From Arsenophonus sp. ET-KM2-MAG3 (lineage in GTDB: Bacteria > Pseudomonadota > Gammaproteobacteria > Enterobacterales > Enterobacteriaceae): a stretch of 64,000 nt of DNA. Each line of letters starts with the position of its first letter. Positions within the stretch are counted from its first letter, which is position 1. The stretch covers positions 203,410 through 267,409 of the forward strand of contig JBQMRZ010000004.1 in NCBI GenBank assembly GCA_052174135.1, given 5' to 3'. Below the pieces are notes generated by a model, which ran no database searches, was not told where the DNA came from, and was given only the letters and a program-made list of their open reading frames with translations. The translations under genes were made by a program, and so were the position numbers. Positions 12,799 to 24,369 of this stretch are shown here, in pieces.

Positions 12799-13854
12799 AG
12801 TTAATCCTTGTTATAAATAATGCTTTTATAGTGATGATTTTATATAAATAATATAAAAAATAGACAAAATAGTAAAAAATTTATTTAGATTAAGGGAGCG
12901 TAAAATCACAAAATAATGTTTAAATGTAATTTATTTTTAATAGGATTTTATTTATAAAAAATAAAATTTTTTATTTTCATGGAATTAATTACCTTTCATT
13001 AAAAAACAGAATCATAATATCATATTAATTACTGAATTTTCTTGATAACTCAAATTTATTAAATAAGTTAATTTTTATCATTCAAGCTATTAATTATATT
13101 AATTTAATGATCATAATAATAATTATTTAGATAATACTAATAAATAAATCAATACTTTATAACTAATTTTATTCCTTTTAAAAATTGAATAAACAGTTAT
13201 AAAATTAGTTACTTTAATTTATTATAAACATTATTGATTAAATGATATTAAGATATGAATGTATTTTCATTAAATGATTACATGAAAATAAAATTGATAT
13301 TTTTTTGTTATTGAGTAATTTTTAGATTAAAATAATTACTTCATTTAAAGTAATATAAATAAATAGATTTAGCAAATTATTGTTTCATATTTTAGAGCTG
13401 ACATTTAAGAAGCACTTTATTTTATGTTATAACAATTAAATTCTATGTATTTTTATACACATAATCTTATTGAATTTATTTTTAAATAATAAAATAAATT
13501 TTTTATAAATATTAATTAAAATATTAATAAAACATCTTATGAAGAAATTTATGATATATTGCATTGTATTAATTTAATAATTATTCTATTTTTTAGATCT
13601 CCATCAGAATATAAATGGTGTCTAATAATATCAATTATATTATAATAAGCATAAACAACGATATTATATTTAATTAAATGTTTAGTTTATTTTTATCACT
13701 TTGCAATTTAAAGTCAATTTTAAATTAATGAATTATATTAATTGACTTATTAATGATTACTAAAGTTCTAAAAAATTATTTATATTTTATTATATTTTTA
13801 AATTAATTTATTAAATTTTATTTTATAATCATAAGTTCAATATCAGCTTATTCC

Positions 13855-13897
13855 TTTTGTGCTATAGATATCTGTAACAGATATCTATAGCACAAAA
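13855..13897. repeat. Perfect 43-nt palindrome with 21-bp arms and a single central A
   Basis: The sequence is ttttgtgctatagatatctgt a acagatatctatagcacaaaa. All 21 pairs were checked base by base, and the arms contain 5 G:C pairs. T-rich sequence precedes it and an A-run follows it. It lies in the lysO-ybjG desert. Confidence 0.9.
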
Positions 13898-16339
13898 AAA
13901 AGTTAGAATAGAAAATATACTAGATTAGTAATCTATAAATCTTTATATCAATATTCCAGTAAAATAGTGTGTATATTCTACTTTTTATACAAGAATAATA
14001 TTAAATATAGAGTTTTATGAAACGGGATGAATATTATCCTAAATAATAATAAATAATGATTATTTTATTTGTTATTATTACTTCAAAAGTTATTTTTCTA
14101 TTTTATTATCTCTCATGAACATGAATATCAGAATATTTCAAATTATAAAACACAAAAAAATAAAATTAAAATGTTATCATCTTGCATTCATTTTGATAAA
14201 ATGGTTAAAAGATATGTTATTTTGACAATTTTATTATAAAATATTTAAAATAAATATAGTCATTAAAGGTTATTTTACTTATATGTAATAAAGTTTGATT
14301 ATAAGAAAATCATATATGTGTGAGTAAATTAGCGTTAATATACTATTAAAAAATTTTTATTTATTTAAATAAAATTAACATATCTGATATATTTCAGTGG
14401 TTTAAAAATAGAATTTTACTAAAAATAGTATTTTATCTATAAAAATTTTACATATTTGTACGGAAAATGAATTTAATAAAGATAATATTAAGATAAAATT
14501 ATTTATTTGAATAAATTTAAAATTTATATTGCTATTATCAAATATAATAGATCATTATATGATAATGAAAATTAAAAATTTTTTTATTATGTCTGATATC
14601 AATAATTAAATAGAGTGCTATAAGAAATAGAATAAATATAAGATATAATAAATTTTGTACTAAAATGACTCATAAAATACTTTTTGTTCCATTTACAATA
14701 AACATTTTATTTTTCATAAAGTACCAATTAATAATAAGTATTATTAAAATTTTTTTATTTATTGTAGCTTTAATTTTATGTTATCACTTAAATAAATTTA
14801 GATATGAGCTAAAAATCTTTCTCATAATAATTCGTGTTAATTAACGCTAACATAAATTATGTAAAATAATACAATACTAAAGCTTTATTGGTAGTGAGAA
14901 ACTTCTATTTCTATTATTCTTTCTTATTTCGATAATTGAATAATTAATTATCTATTTTTATATTTTAATTATCCCTTTATATTACATTTTATTATTTATT
15001 TTTAATAAAATAATTATCTTTAATTATTAAACTCTATAGTTCCTATTAAGATAAAACTTAAAACATAATTAAATATTAAAATTTTAATTTATATAAATAA
15101 AAGTGGATTTTTAATTTCTTAAAGAGAATAAATATAAATTGAGATATAAATACTATTATTACTTTCACTCAAAATAATTAATACTTTTTATTTAAATATT
15201 TAAAATATATGATAGTGATATTTGTTTTCTTTATTAAATAAATTATTTGCTGATAACATCAGTTTTTAAAAATCAATTAATTTTTATAAAAAATCGCTAT
15301 TTCAAATTTAAAAGTAAAACAAATTATATTTTTTTATTTCAATAATATTTAATTATTCATGATGGTTAAATAATTTGATTTATTTTAAAATAGATAATTA
15401 AGATTTTTAGATTTTTTATATTAACTAAGTTTTAATTATTTTCTTACCAATTAATTTAAAAAATTGAGATTAGATAAAATCTAAATCAAATAATATTAGT
15501 ATAATTGTTATTATAAATCAATTATAATAATAATTATTATGTATAAATATTTTTAATAAAATTAAATTATTGATTTAATATAGTTTTTTAAAACAAATTA
15601 ATAATATAAATATCTACTTATTTTTTAATTAATGAACAATATATTTATAATTATGTTAATTTTAAGATTAAATAAAAAATTTATTATCTTAAAATTAATT
15701 TAAACAAAATTATTCATCATTTAATTTAATTTATTGACTTTAAATCATAAATCAAAAAATATATTTTAAAAAATATATTTTAATAAAAGATAATAAATAA
15801 TAAATACCCTTAATTTATAATATTTTAAAAGTTATTTAGTTATTAAAAAATCTGATATTTTAAACTATGATCTATTTAAGATATCTTTTTATTCATTAAA
15901 ATCTAAGTAATCTTCTAGATTTAAGAATAATTTGATTTTTCACTTATATTGTTATTAATATTTATGAAAACAAAGATCATGATAATTACCATATTAATTT
16001 GTTACTCTTAATAACTGAAATAATTAAATTATCTTTAAATTAAATTACTTTTTAAGGATACCGATATATTATTTCTCTATTTAAAGAAATATTAAGAATA
16101 ATTTTGATTTTTTAATAGTTTTAATTAAATAAAATAATTTGAACATTAACATATAATTTCATTTGACTCTAAAGTACGAAGTAGATTTTTTTAAAGAAAT
16201 GATTAATAATATTATTTATATCTAATAAATGCAAAATTTTTATAAAATTTTTTTAAAATTACTTTACATTACATAAAATATTTATTTTTAATAATTTGAT
16301 ATACAATTATTATTGTAAAGATTTAATGAGGATTTTATT

Positions 16340-16951
16340 TTGTTAACCGATATTAATGTAAGTTTATTTAATTTTATTAATGCTAAATTAATTACATCTA
16401 TTAATATACTAATATTAGTGATTTTTTTAGCTAAATATCTTATTCTAGTATTTCCATTAATTAGCATTTTCTGCTGGTTTTGGGGATCATCTAAAAATTT
16501 AGTTTATCAAAGAGTGTTTGTTTTTAAAACTGCTCTTGCACTTATTATAGGGTTAGTTATTTCTTATTTTATTGGAGTATTTTTTCCTCAAGAGCGACCT
16601 TTTATATTAAGCAGGATAAGTCAATATTTTTTTCCTCATGCCCCGACAGCATCATTTCCTAGTAATCATGCTACTGTTTCTTTTATTTTTTCTTTTAGTT
16701 TTTTATTTTGGTTAAGGGCTTGGATTGGATTGTTATTATTTATACCAGCCTTAATGATTTCATGGGCTAGAATTTTTCTCGGAATACATTGGCCTTTAGA
16801 TATGGTAGGAGCATTCTTAGTTGCTATTACGGCTTGTGGATTTACTCAAATAATTTGGAAAATCGGTGCCTATAAATCTTTAATATATATTATAAAAGCT
16901 TATCAAATTTTATTTAATTCTTTAATTAAAAAGGGTTGGATAAAAAATTAA
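16340..16951 (+). CDS. ybjG: undecaprenyl-diphosphate phosphatase, PAP2 family
   Basis: The 203-aa ORF is collinear with E. coli YbjG (ML.N.N.SLF..INA.., PFPSNHATV / SWARIFLGIHWPLDM PAP2 motifs, ..KGWIKN*). It uses a TTG start at 16340, preceded by GAGGA at 16328-16332. Confidence 0.85.
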   Translation: MLTDINVSLFNFINAKLITSINILILVIFLAKYLILVFPLISIFCWFWGSSKNLVYQRVFVFKTALALIIGLVISYFIGVFFPQERPFILSRISQYFFPHAPTASFPSNHATVSFIFSFSFLFWLRAWIGLLLFIPALMISWARIFLGIHWPLDMVGAFLVAITACGFTQIIWKIGAYKSLIYIIKAYQILFNSLIKKGWIKN

Positions 16952-17323
16952 ACATTAAAATAATTTAAGTAAATTAAAGATTATTTTTAGCATAAAAATA
17001 AAAAATAATAAAAAATAAATTATTAATAAATATTAGTGATTAAAACTATTATAATTATTAATTAATTATTTATATTTTTATAAAAATCAATAAAAATCTT
17101 TTTATTAAAACAATTTTTAAATAAATTTTAATAAAGAAATATCCATTTTTAATAAAAACAAATAATTAAAATTAAATTTTAAACATAATTTGATAAGAAA
17201 ATCAAATTATAATATATTCTTACATAAGAATTTTTTTTTAAAAATTTTTTAATTACTTTATTTATATAAATCTTAATTATATTGATTGTTTTTATACATT
17301 AAATATTTATTGTTTTATTTTTT

Positions 17324-18646
17324 TTGGAGACTACCATGGATACAACTCGAGGTGATTCTATCACCTCCTCTCATATATATCATAGTGCAAAGGTTTGGCA
17401 AAAAAGCGATATAATTTGGGTATTAAGCTTATATGGTACTGCGATCGGTGCTGGTGTACTTTTTTTACCTATTAACGCTGGGATGAATGGTTTATTGCCA
17501 GTTATTTTAATGACGCTAATAGCATTTCCAATAATTTTTTTTTCTCACCAAGGTTTAACTCGTTTTGTATTATCTGGCTCAAAAATCAATGGTAATATTA
17601 CTGATGTTGTAGAGGAACATTTTGGTTATTCGGCAGGTAATTGGATTACAATATTTTATTTTTTTTCTATTTATCCTATTTTATTAGTATATAGCGTTTT
17701 TATTACCAATAATGTTGAAAATTTTATCGTTGAATTACTCGGATATAATGCTGAACCTCGTTGGTTATTAGCGCTCATTTTAGTTAGCGTTATTATGGCT
17801 ATCATTAGTTTTTGTGAAAAATATATAGTTAAAATAATGAGTATGTTAGCGTTTCCATTTATTGCGGTTTTAGTTATATTTTCATTTTATATGATCCCTT
17901 ATTGGCAGTTTGCTACATTAAAAACTCTTTCATTTTCAAATATTATTATGAATAACTCTGAAAATAATCAAAATATGTTAATTACAATTTGGTTAACTAT
18001 CCCTCTTATGGTCTTTGCATTTAATCACTCACCAATTATTTCCGCATTTGCGGTTTCAAATCGTAAAAAATACGGAGAATATGCCGATCAAAAATCTTCA
18101 AAAATTTTATTTTCAGCACATATTTTAATGGTGTTAACAGTAATGTTTTTTGTTTTTAGTTGTATATTTACCTTATCGCCTGCTGATTTATTAAAAGCAA
18201 AGGTAGAAAATATCAGTATTCTTGATTATTTATCTGGTTATTTTGATAAACTTTTTATTAAATATGCAGCTTCACTTATTGCTTTTATCGCAATTATAAA
18301 ATCATTTTTTGGACATTATCTCGGTGCTCGTGAAGGTTTTAATGGCATAATTAATCGTATTTATCGAATTAAAGGTAAAACAATTGATACTAAAAAATTA
18401 AATAAAATTACTGCAATTTTTATGTTAATTACTACATGGTTAGTAGCTACTTTAAATCCAAGTATTTTGACTATTATTGAAAGTTTAGGTGGACCTATTA
18501 TTGCTATTTTATTATTTTTAATTCCAATATACACAAATAGAAAAATACCTGCTATGCATAAGTATTTTAATTATATTACTAATACTTTTATGTTAATTAT
18601 TGGTATTATTGTTATTTCAGCTGCAATATATAAATTATTTATTTAA
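17324..18646 (+). CDS. sdaC: serine transporter, HAAAP family
   Basis: The ORF is collinear with E. coli SdaC (METT.., LSLYGTAIGAGVLFLPINAG, YFFSIYPILLVYSV, FNHSPIISAFAV, FGHYLGAREGFNG). The TTG at 17324 preserves the METT N-terminus. The alternative start is ATG 17336, with GGAG 5 nt upstream. Confidence 0.9.
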   Translation: METTMDTTRGDSITSSHIYHSAKVWQKSDIIWVLSLYGTAIGAGVLFLPINAGMNGLLPVILMTLIAFPIIFFSHQGLTRFVLSGSKINGNITDVVEEHFGYSAGNWITIFYFFSIYPILLVYSVFITNNVENFIVELLGYNAEPRWLLALILVSVIMAIISFCEKYIVKIMSMLAFPFIAVLVIFSFYMIPYWQFATLKTLSFSNIIMNNSENNQNMLITIWLTIPLMVFAFNHSPIISAFAVSNRKKYGEYADQKSSKILFSAHILMVLTVMFFVFSCIFTLSPADLLKAKVENISILDYLSGYFDKLFIKYAASLIAFIAIIKSFFGHYLGAREGFNGIINRIYRIKGKTIDTKKLNKITAIFMLITTWLVATLNPSILTIIESLGGPIIAILLFLIPIYTNRKIPAMHKYFNYITNTFMLIIGIIVISAAIYKLFI

Positions 18647-18659
18647 TAATTTATATATT

Positions 18660-20027
18660 ATGATAAACATTCATAATTAAATTAATTAAGCGCTTTAAAT
18701 ATCATAATTTCAAAATATTTCGATTAATTTATTAATAAGAATTATTTTTATTTTAAATAAAAAACTAAATAAAATACAAGTACTTATTAGAATATAAGTA
18801 ATTTTTTATTAATATTTTAAATTTAATTTAAATGAAGATAGTTATTTTATACTATTTAATTAATGAAAATTTAGAAATAATTTTTTATTAGCAATCTAAT
18901 CGAAAAGAGATAATGATTTTAGTAAAATATATTAATGTTAATATTTATGATTAATTATCTTTAAACTAGTAAATAACAAAAAATTAATATTTGTATTACT
19001 AAAGATATTATAGATTAACTAATAATTACATATTTCAATAAACATTGATTTTATATTTATTATTAGTAGTAATGTTAAATAAATTCAATGTTTATTGTTT
19101 TATTTTTTCTTGATTTATTAAAAATAATAAAATTATATGTATTTTTAAAATATGCGTTATTGTATTTTTATTATTTATTGGTCTAAAATAAAATGATTAA
19201 TATTTTATTAGCATTGATTAAGTAAACTAGATATTTTTATAGTATTAAATTTGATTAATATTTAAAATAAAAAATATCATAATTAATCAGTTATATTTTC
19301 ATATATATATATTATTCATCATCTAAGTATTATCTTATTACTATTTTTAAAATTTTTAAGTATATTAATTTAAGATTTAATAGCCATCCTAATAAACTTT
19401 AATTAAATGATAATAATTTGTTGATAGTATTCTATATAAATCTCACTTCTTTTTTTTTCGAACAACTAAAGTCTGATCATGTATAGTTTTATTATCAATA
19501 AAATTTATAATTATTTAATAATAAATCAATAATATAAATAATATTTATTTAAAAATAATAAAATTAATCAAATTAACTTAAGTAAAATTTAATTATAAAT
19601 AAATTATTTTAATTTTGTTTTAATTAATTTAACTAAAAATTCTATCCTTAATATTTATTTTCTGATCATAAAGTAAATTAAGATTATAGTTATAATTAAC
19701 AATTTTTCTTCAAAATAAAATAAATTTTACTTTTGTATTAATTGATTACATAAAAAAAGTATAAATATTCATTATAGTTAAATATTTTTAATATTTTGTT
19801 ACTTTTATGATTAAAGTTTTATTTAATGGAATAAAAATATAGATTAAATTGTTAACTATTAATTATAAGAGTAACAAAATTTTTTAGAAGCTATAAACTT
19901 AGATATTTATCTAAAAAAAATATTAATATATTAAGTTTAATAAATAATTAGACTCTCGTTCTGTAACATTACTTAATGTTTTATAGTATTTAAAATATAT
20001 ACATTAATAATGGGATTAACTATTTTT
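18660..20027 (+). pseudogene. sdaB: Eroded fossil of L-serine deaminase, the downstream partner of sdaC
   Basis: An ATG at 18660, 13 nt after the sdaC stop, opens a frame with no indel through at least codon 73. M1, I2, S15, R44, V47, Y50, I64 and N73 are identical to SdaB as recalled. The best block is 18786-18809, IRI*VIFY against TRVVVDVY. The frame contains many stops, and the 3' boundary is only a length extrapolation. Confidence 0.35.
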
Positions 20028-20779
20028 AAAAAAAAATAAGTTTTAAATTAAATTAATTAGCAATTAATTGTTAATTCAATAATAAATTTATTATATTATA
20101 TTTAAAATTAAATATAATAATTAATTTAAATTAGCAATAAATCATATGAAAATTATAAGCTTTAATTTTATCTAATATTAAAAATATAATTTAATTTTTA
20201 AGAGAAAATAAACCTATTATCTTATTTTTTTTAATAATTAAATTATATATTAAAATAAGTTAAAAACTTATAATATAAGATATATTAATAAAAGAATTTA
20301 GTTTATTTCAAATGAAATATATATAATATAAAAATATATTTTTAATATATCTAGTATTAAATTTAATTTGATTAAAATTAATATTAATTATTATAATTAC
20401 TAAATCTTTTAAAAAAAATATCTTTTTATAAATATTTATAAAAATAATTAACAATCTTTATTTTATAGTTATTTAATATAATTAATAGTAATAAGGAATA
20501 AATGTAGTATAACTTAATAAAGTTATTTGAATAAATATTTAATTAATCTTAAAGATTTATGATTAATTTATTATTTATTAAAATATAAATAAATTTATTC
20601 AAAAAAAAATAAATAAAAATTTAAACTAATTTCTAAAAAAATATTAAATTAAATCAAAATTCTATAAATAAAATTATTACTATAAAAACAGGTAATTAAT
20701 TAACTTTTAATTTAATAATAAGAAAATTAACTTACATTAAAAACCATAAAATAATAAGACTAAAATGGAACTAAAAGAA

Positions 20780-20824
20780 AAATTATTATTTTTATCTAAT
20801 ATGTATAGATAAAAATAATAATTT
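20780..20824. repeat. Perfect hairpin with a 19-bp stem and a 7-nt loop
   Basis: The sequence is aaattattatttttatcta atatgta tagataaaaataataattt. Arms are 20780-20798 and 20806-20824, checked base by base, with one C:G pair. Confidence 0.85.
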
Positions 20825-21390
20825 AATAAAAAAAAAATAAGAAATAAAAACATAGAAATTTTTGTTGCTAAGTAAATTTCATTGAAAATAATAATAATAT
20901 ATTTAAAATATTATATTTTTAATTAATTTTATTTTTAAAATATAAAATTTAATTAAAATTATAAATAATTAAATCTATTTAAGTTTAAAAATAATTAATT
21001 TATTTATATAATTTATATTTCTAAAAAAAATATTTTTTTTAATATAAATAAAATTTTAAATGTTGTAATAACAATTATTTTTTTTAAAAAATATAGTTTA
21101 ATTATAAATTTATAAATATAATTTATATATATAATATTGTGCTTATTAATATTTTATTATACTAATCATATAATTATTATTTTTATCTAAAATTAATTAA
21201 TAATTATATATTTAAAATAAAAAACTATTTTCTTTGTTAAATATTTAATCTAATTAAAATTTAATTAAATTAATCATTAATATTATTTTTTGTTTCAAAA
21301 ACTATTATTAATTATATTTGATATTCATTTCTATGAATAATATAATGATTTAAAATTATTCGAATAAATATACAAGTAGGATTTTAAATT

Positions 21391-22095
21391 ATGTCAGTAA
21401 CTAAACTGGTTTTAATGAGACATGGAGAAAGTGAATGGAATAAAGAAAACCGATTTACTGGCTGGGCTGATATTAAGCTTTCTGAAAAAGGCCATGAAGA
21501 AGCAAAAGCCGCAGGCCAGTTATTAAAAAAAGGGGGATTTATTTTTGATTATGCTTATACATCTGTTTTAAAACGTGCTATTCACACATTATGGAATATT
21601 TTAGATCAAATAGATCAACAATGGTTACCTGTTGAAAAAAATTGGCGACTAAATGAACGTCATTATGGAGCTCTACAAGGTTTAAATAAAATGAAAGCTA
21701 TGATAAAATATGGTGATGAACAAGTTAAATTATGGCGTCGTGGTTTTAAAAATAAACCGCCAGAACTAACTAAAAATGATCTTCGTTACTGTTGTAACGA
21801 TCTTCGTTATACAAATTTAAACCAATCAGATCTTCCTGTTTCTGAGAGTCTCGCTACAACAATTGAACGTGTGATTCCTTATTGGAATAAAGTAATTAAA
21901 CAAAGAGTTGCTAAAGGTGAAAAAGTAATTATTATTGCTCATGGTAATTCATTGCGAGCATTGGTAAAATATTTGGATAAAATCAGCGAAGAGGAAATCT
22001 TTAAACTTAATATTCCAACTGCTGTTCCAATCATCTATGAATTTGATGAAAATATAAAACCTATTAATCACTATTATTTTAATAATAAAATTTGA
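21391..22095 (+). CDS. gpmA: 2,3-bisphosphoglycerate-dependent phosphoglycerate mutase
   Basis: The 234-aa ORF is collinear with E. coli GpmA ([43 protein letters not shown]), with an AGGA Shine-Dalgarno. It lacks about 16 C-terminal residues relative to the 250-aa E. coli enzyme. Confidence 0.95.
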   Translation: MSVTKLVLMRHGESEWNKENRFTGWADIKLSEKGHEEAKAAGQLLKKGGFIFDYAYTSVLKRAIHTLWNILDQIDQQWLPVEKNWRLNERHYGALQGLNKMKAMIKYGDEQVKLWRRGFKNKPPELTKNDLRYCCNDLRYTNLNQSDLPVSESLATTIERVIPYWNKVIKQRVAKGEKVIIIAHGNSLRALVKYLDKISEEEIFKLNIPTAVPIIYEFDENIKPINHYYFNNKI

Positions 22096-22729
22096 ATAAA
22101 TTTAAAGTTATTACTTTAAATCCTAAAGTAAAATATTTAAGTTTATCTAAATAAAAAAAATCACTTTTATTTTTATCAATCAATTAATTAAACCTTAAAG
22201 ATATACTTAAAAAATATCTATTGTGTTAATATTTTATTATATGTTAATAGATTACTTATATTTATTTCTATTTTTTTAAAAATATTTTAAAGTTCTATCA
22301 AAGGTAATAATTATTGTTTGTAACATACTATTTTTCATTAAAAAAACATTTCAATTGCTTAACTAGATATTTTTATACTTCATATCAATTTATATGATAA
22401 AAATCAATCTTTTTACATAAACTTAATTTTTATAAATTTTATAAAAATTTCTATATTTTATTAATCATTAGATAAACTTTTATTATAATATAATATATGT
22501 TAATTTTATTTATTAATAGTATTTATAATTATCGAATTTCTTCATTTAGTAACTGATAAAATAGGTATTTTAGTTCTATTAATTATGTATTAATGTCTAC
22601 TTTATTTTTTTTTAAACAAATTTTAAATTTATTTTAAAAACAATATTAATTACAATTAATAGTAAACTCAAAAATAATAGCGTTATATATGTGTTAATAA
22701 TTTTAATAATTTAATAGGATTTTTAACAT

Positions 22730-23911
22730 ATGAAAAGATAATTTTGCAATAAAAATCCATTAGCGATTTAATTTAAATTTTAATTTTTATCTATAGTTAA
22801 TAATTATTATTATAATAAATTAAAAATAGAATAACAGTAATTAAGAATTAATTATTTTATAAATTAAAATTTAATATATTAATTCATGAAATATTTAAAT
22901 AATCAAAGTATAAAGTAGCTTTATGTGTTTTTAAAATTTTTTTTAATATTTAAAAAAAATAGAATATAAGAACTTTTTTATTTATTTAAAATTTAATCGC
23001 TTCATTTTTATGAATCATTTTTATTTAACATATAACTTTTATCTAGAGATTCTCTTAAAATAATAAATAAATTTTTTATTTTAAGAGAATTATAAAAATA
23101 TAAATAGCAATTAATGCACTAAAATATAAATTATTTTATTTAGTTAAATACTATAAAATTATTCATTAAAGTATAGAATAACGACGATTTTTTAATATAA
23201 TAATTAAATATCTTTAAATTATTATAACTATACCATTATAGTATTAATTATAAAATCATCATTTTTTATTCAAAGAAATAAAATGGATTTGTTTTTATCT
23301 TTATTTTCGAGACAAAATACTTTATTAAGTTTTAATTTAATAATAAAATTAAATAATAGCGATAAATAAAATTATCATTATTTCAGAAAACTTTATTTTA
23401 ATAATCTCATTAATACGCATAATTTAAGTATTTAATTGTAAAAAAAAAATAATAATATCAATTTTAGAATTTAAATATACTCTCTTTAAAATCATTATTA
23501 ATAATTATTATATTTAATTTATTTTCTTATTTTTTATTTTTTTTTATTTAATAAATTTAAGTTATTTCATTACTATCTAAAAAAAACAATATATGTGAAT
23601 TCAGTAAAATCCATCTTTTCTTAAAGTTTATGCAATAGAAAATAATTTCTCTTCACATATTTGTTCTGATAAAAATCAGAGTTGAACCTTATCCAACTCT
23701 ACCAACAAAATAAATGTTAATATAAATGATAGCTATCCAATTTAGATGTTAATTACAAAATTTAGAAAATAACCTTTCTATATAAATTAATCATTAAAAA
23801 TGCTTTTGTATTCAATTTTACAATTGATATTATTTTTTGAATGTGAGATTTTAATTGTTTTAAAAAAAATCTAGTATATGTATACTAATTAATTCAGTTA
23901 TTTAAATAAAT
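22730..23911 (+). pseudogene. iscS: Eroded fossil of cysteine desulfurase IscS
   Basis: Three anchors lie in one frame. 23281-23316 reads KWICFYLYFRDK against KGIGA-LYVRRK (res 211-221). 23650-23670 reads SSHICSD against SSGSACTS (Cys328 loop). 23758-23781 reads KFRK*PFY against RFSLGRFT (res 354-361). A candidate start is ATG 22730 (MK.. with AGGA 11 nt upstream). The frame is full of stops, and the ends are approximate. Confidence 0.5.
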
Positions 23912-23927
23912 CTATTATTCTCATTTT

Positions 23928-24369
23928 ATGATAAAGAGTTTTTAATGATAAAAATAATTAATTTGATATAATTATATTTTTAATTAAAAGATAAAAAAAT
24001 CATTTTTCTTTTTAGGAACTTTTATACAAAATTCATTGCGATCTAAATAATTATTTAATTATTTCTTAATTAAAATATTATACTTTTTTTAAAATATTTA
24101 ATTTATTCAGAGTAACTTATAACTAACTATATCATTAAATTTTATATTATTAATTCAATTAATAATATAAAATAATTTGTTTTCATAAAATCAATTTTTT
24201 TATTTACTGTGCTTCTATTAATTAGAAACTATTATGAATAATAACTATATACTTAAAGTATAATATTAGATTAGAACAATATTTTATTTTTATACATTAA
24301 AACAAGAATTAAGATCCCTGATCTTTCCGTAACTTTATTTACTACTTATATACTTATAGATTAAAATAA
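23928..24369 (+). pseudogene. iscU: Eroded fossil of the Fe-S scaffold protein IscU
   Basis: An ATG at 23928 sits where iscU should follow iscS. The anchors are S4 (23937), G30 (gga at 24015, exactly the predicted position), C37-x-D39 (tgc gat at 24037-24042), Y61-C63-x-S65-I67 (tac tgt gct tct att at 24205-24219), I104-H105 (ata cat, then taa in place of Cys106, at 24292-24300), D112 (24313) and Y121 (24340). The stop at 24367-24369 is one codon from the expected position. There are multiple internal stops and an in-frame expansion of about 96 nt between C37 and C63. Confidence 0.55.
24139..24173. repeat. Perfect 35-nt palindrome with 17-bp arms around a central C
   Basis: The sequence is attttatattattaatt c aattaataatataaaat, checked base by base. 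It lies inside the length-expanded part of the iscU fossil. Confidence 0.85.

Noticed and set aside
15745-15772. Small tandem or direct repeats: the aaaaaatatatttt doublet at about 15745-15772, (atactt)x3 at 50361-50380, (atattt)x3 at about 26218-26238, the 14-nt direct repeat tataaaataattaa at about 26460 and 26490, and the atggatttt doublet at about 61453-61475.
   Set aside because: These are short, low-complexity, and within what slippage and chance produce in ~95 % A+T sequence. They show no higher-order periodicity or array structure.
20028-21390. The hypothesis that the second half of the sdaC-gpmA desert is a galM fossil (galM precedes gpmA in E. coli).
   Set aside because: This stretch is the most eroded in the window, with many 60-nt lines holding only 1-3 G/C. 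I could not find any collinear anchors. Only the length arithmetic supports the idea.
22096-22729. Individual assignment of iscR (for example ATG 22250, MLIDYLYLFLFF*), and exact borders for iscA, hscB, hscA and fdx.
   Set aside because: The matches are limited to residues common in AT-rich frames, and the predicted lengths do not fit without ad hoc deletions. These are kept only as part of the unresolved operon fossil.
23630-23710. A G+C-richer patch with small stem-loops (tctgat-aaaa-atcaga; gagttg-aaccttatc-caactc) that looked like a possible tRNA or sRNA. A similar patch occurs at 47841-47900.
   Set aside because: No cloverleaf can be drawn: there is no acceptor stem, T-loop GTTCRA motif or anticodon arm geometry. 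The 23650-23670 patch is better explained as the IscS active-site-loop fossil.
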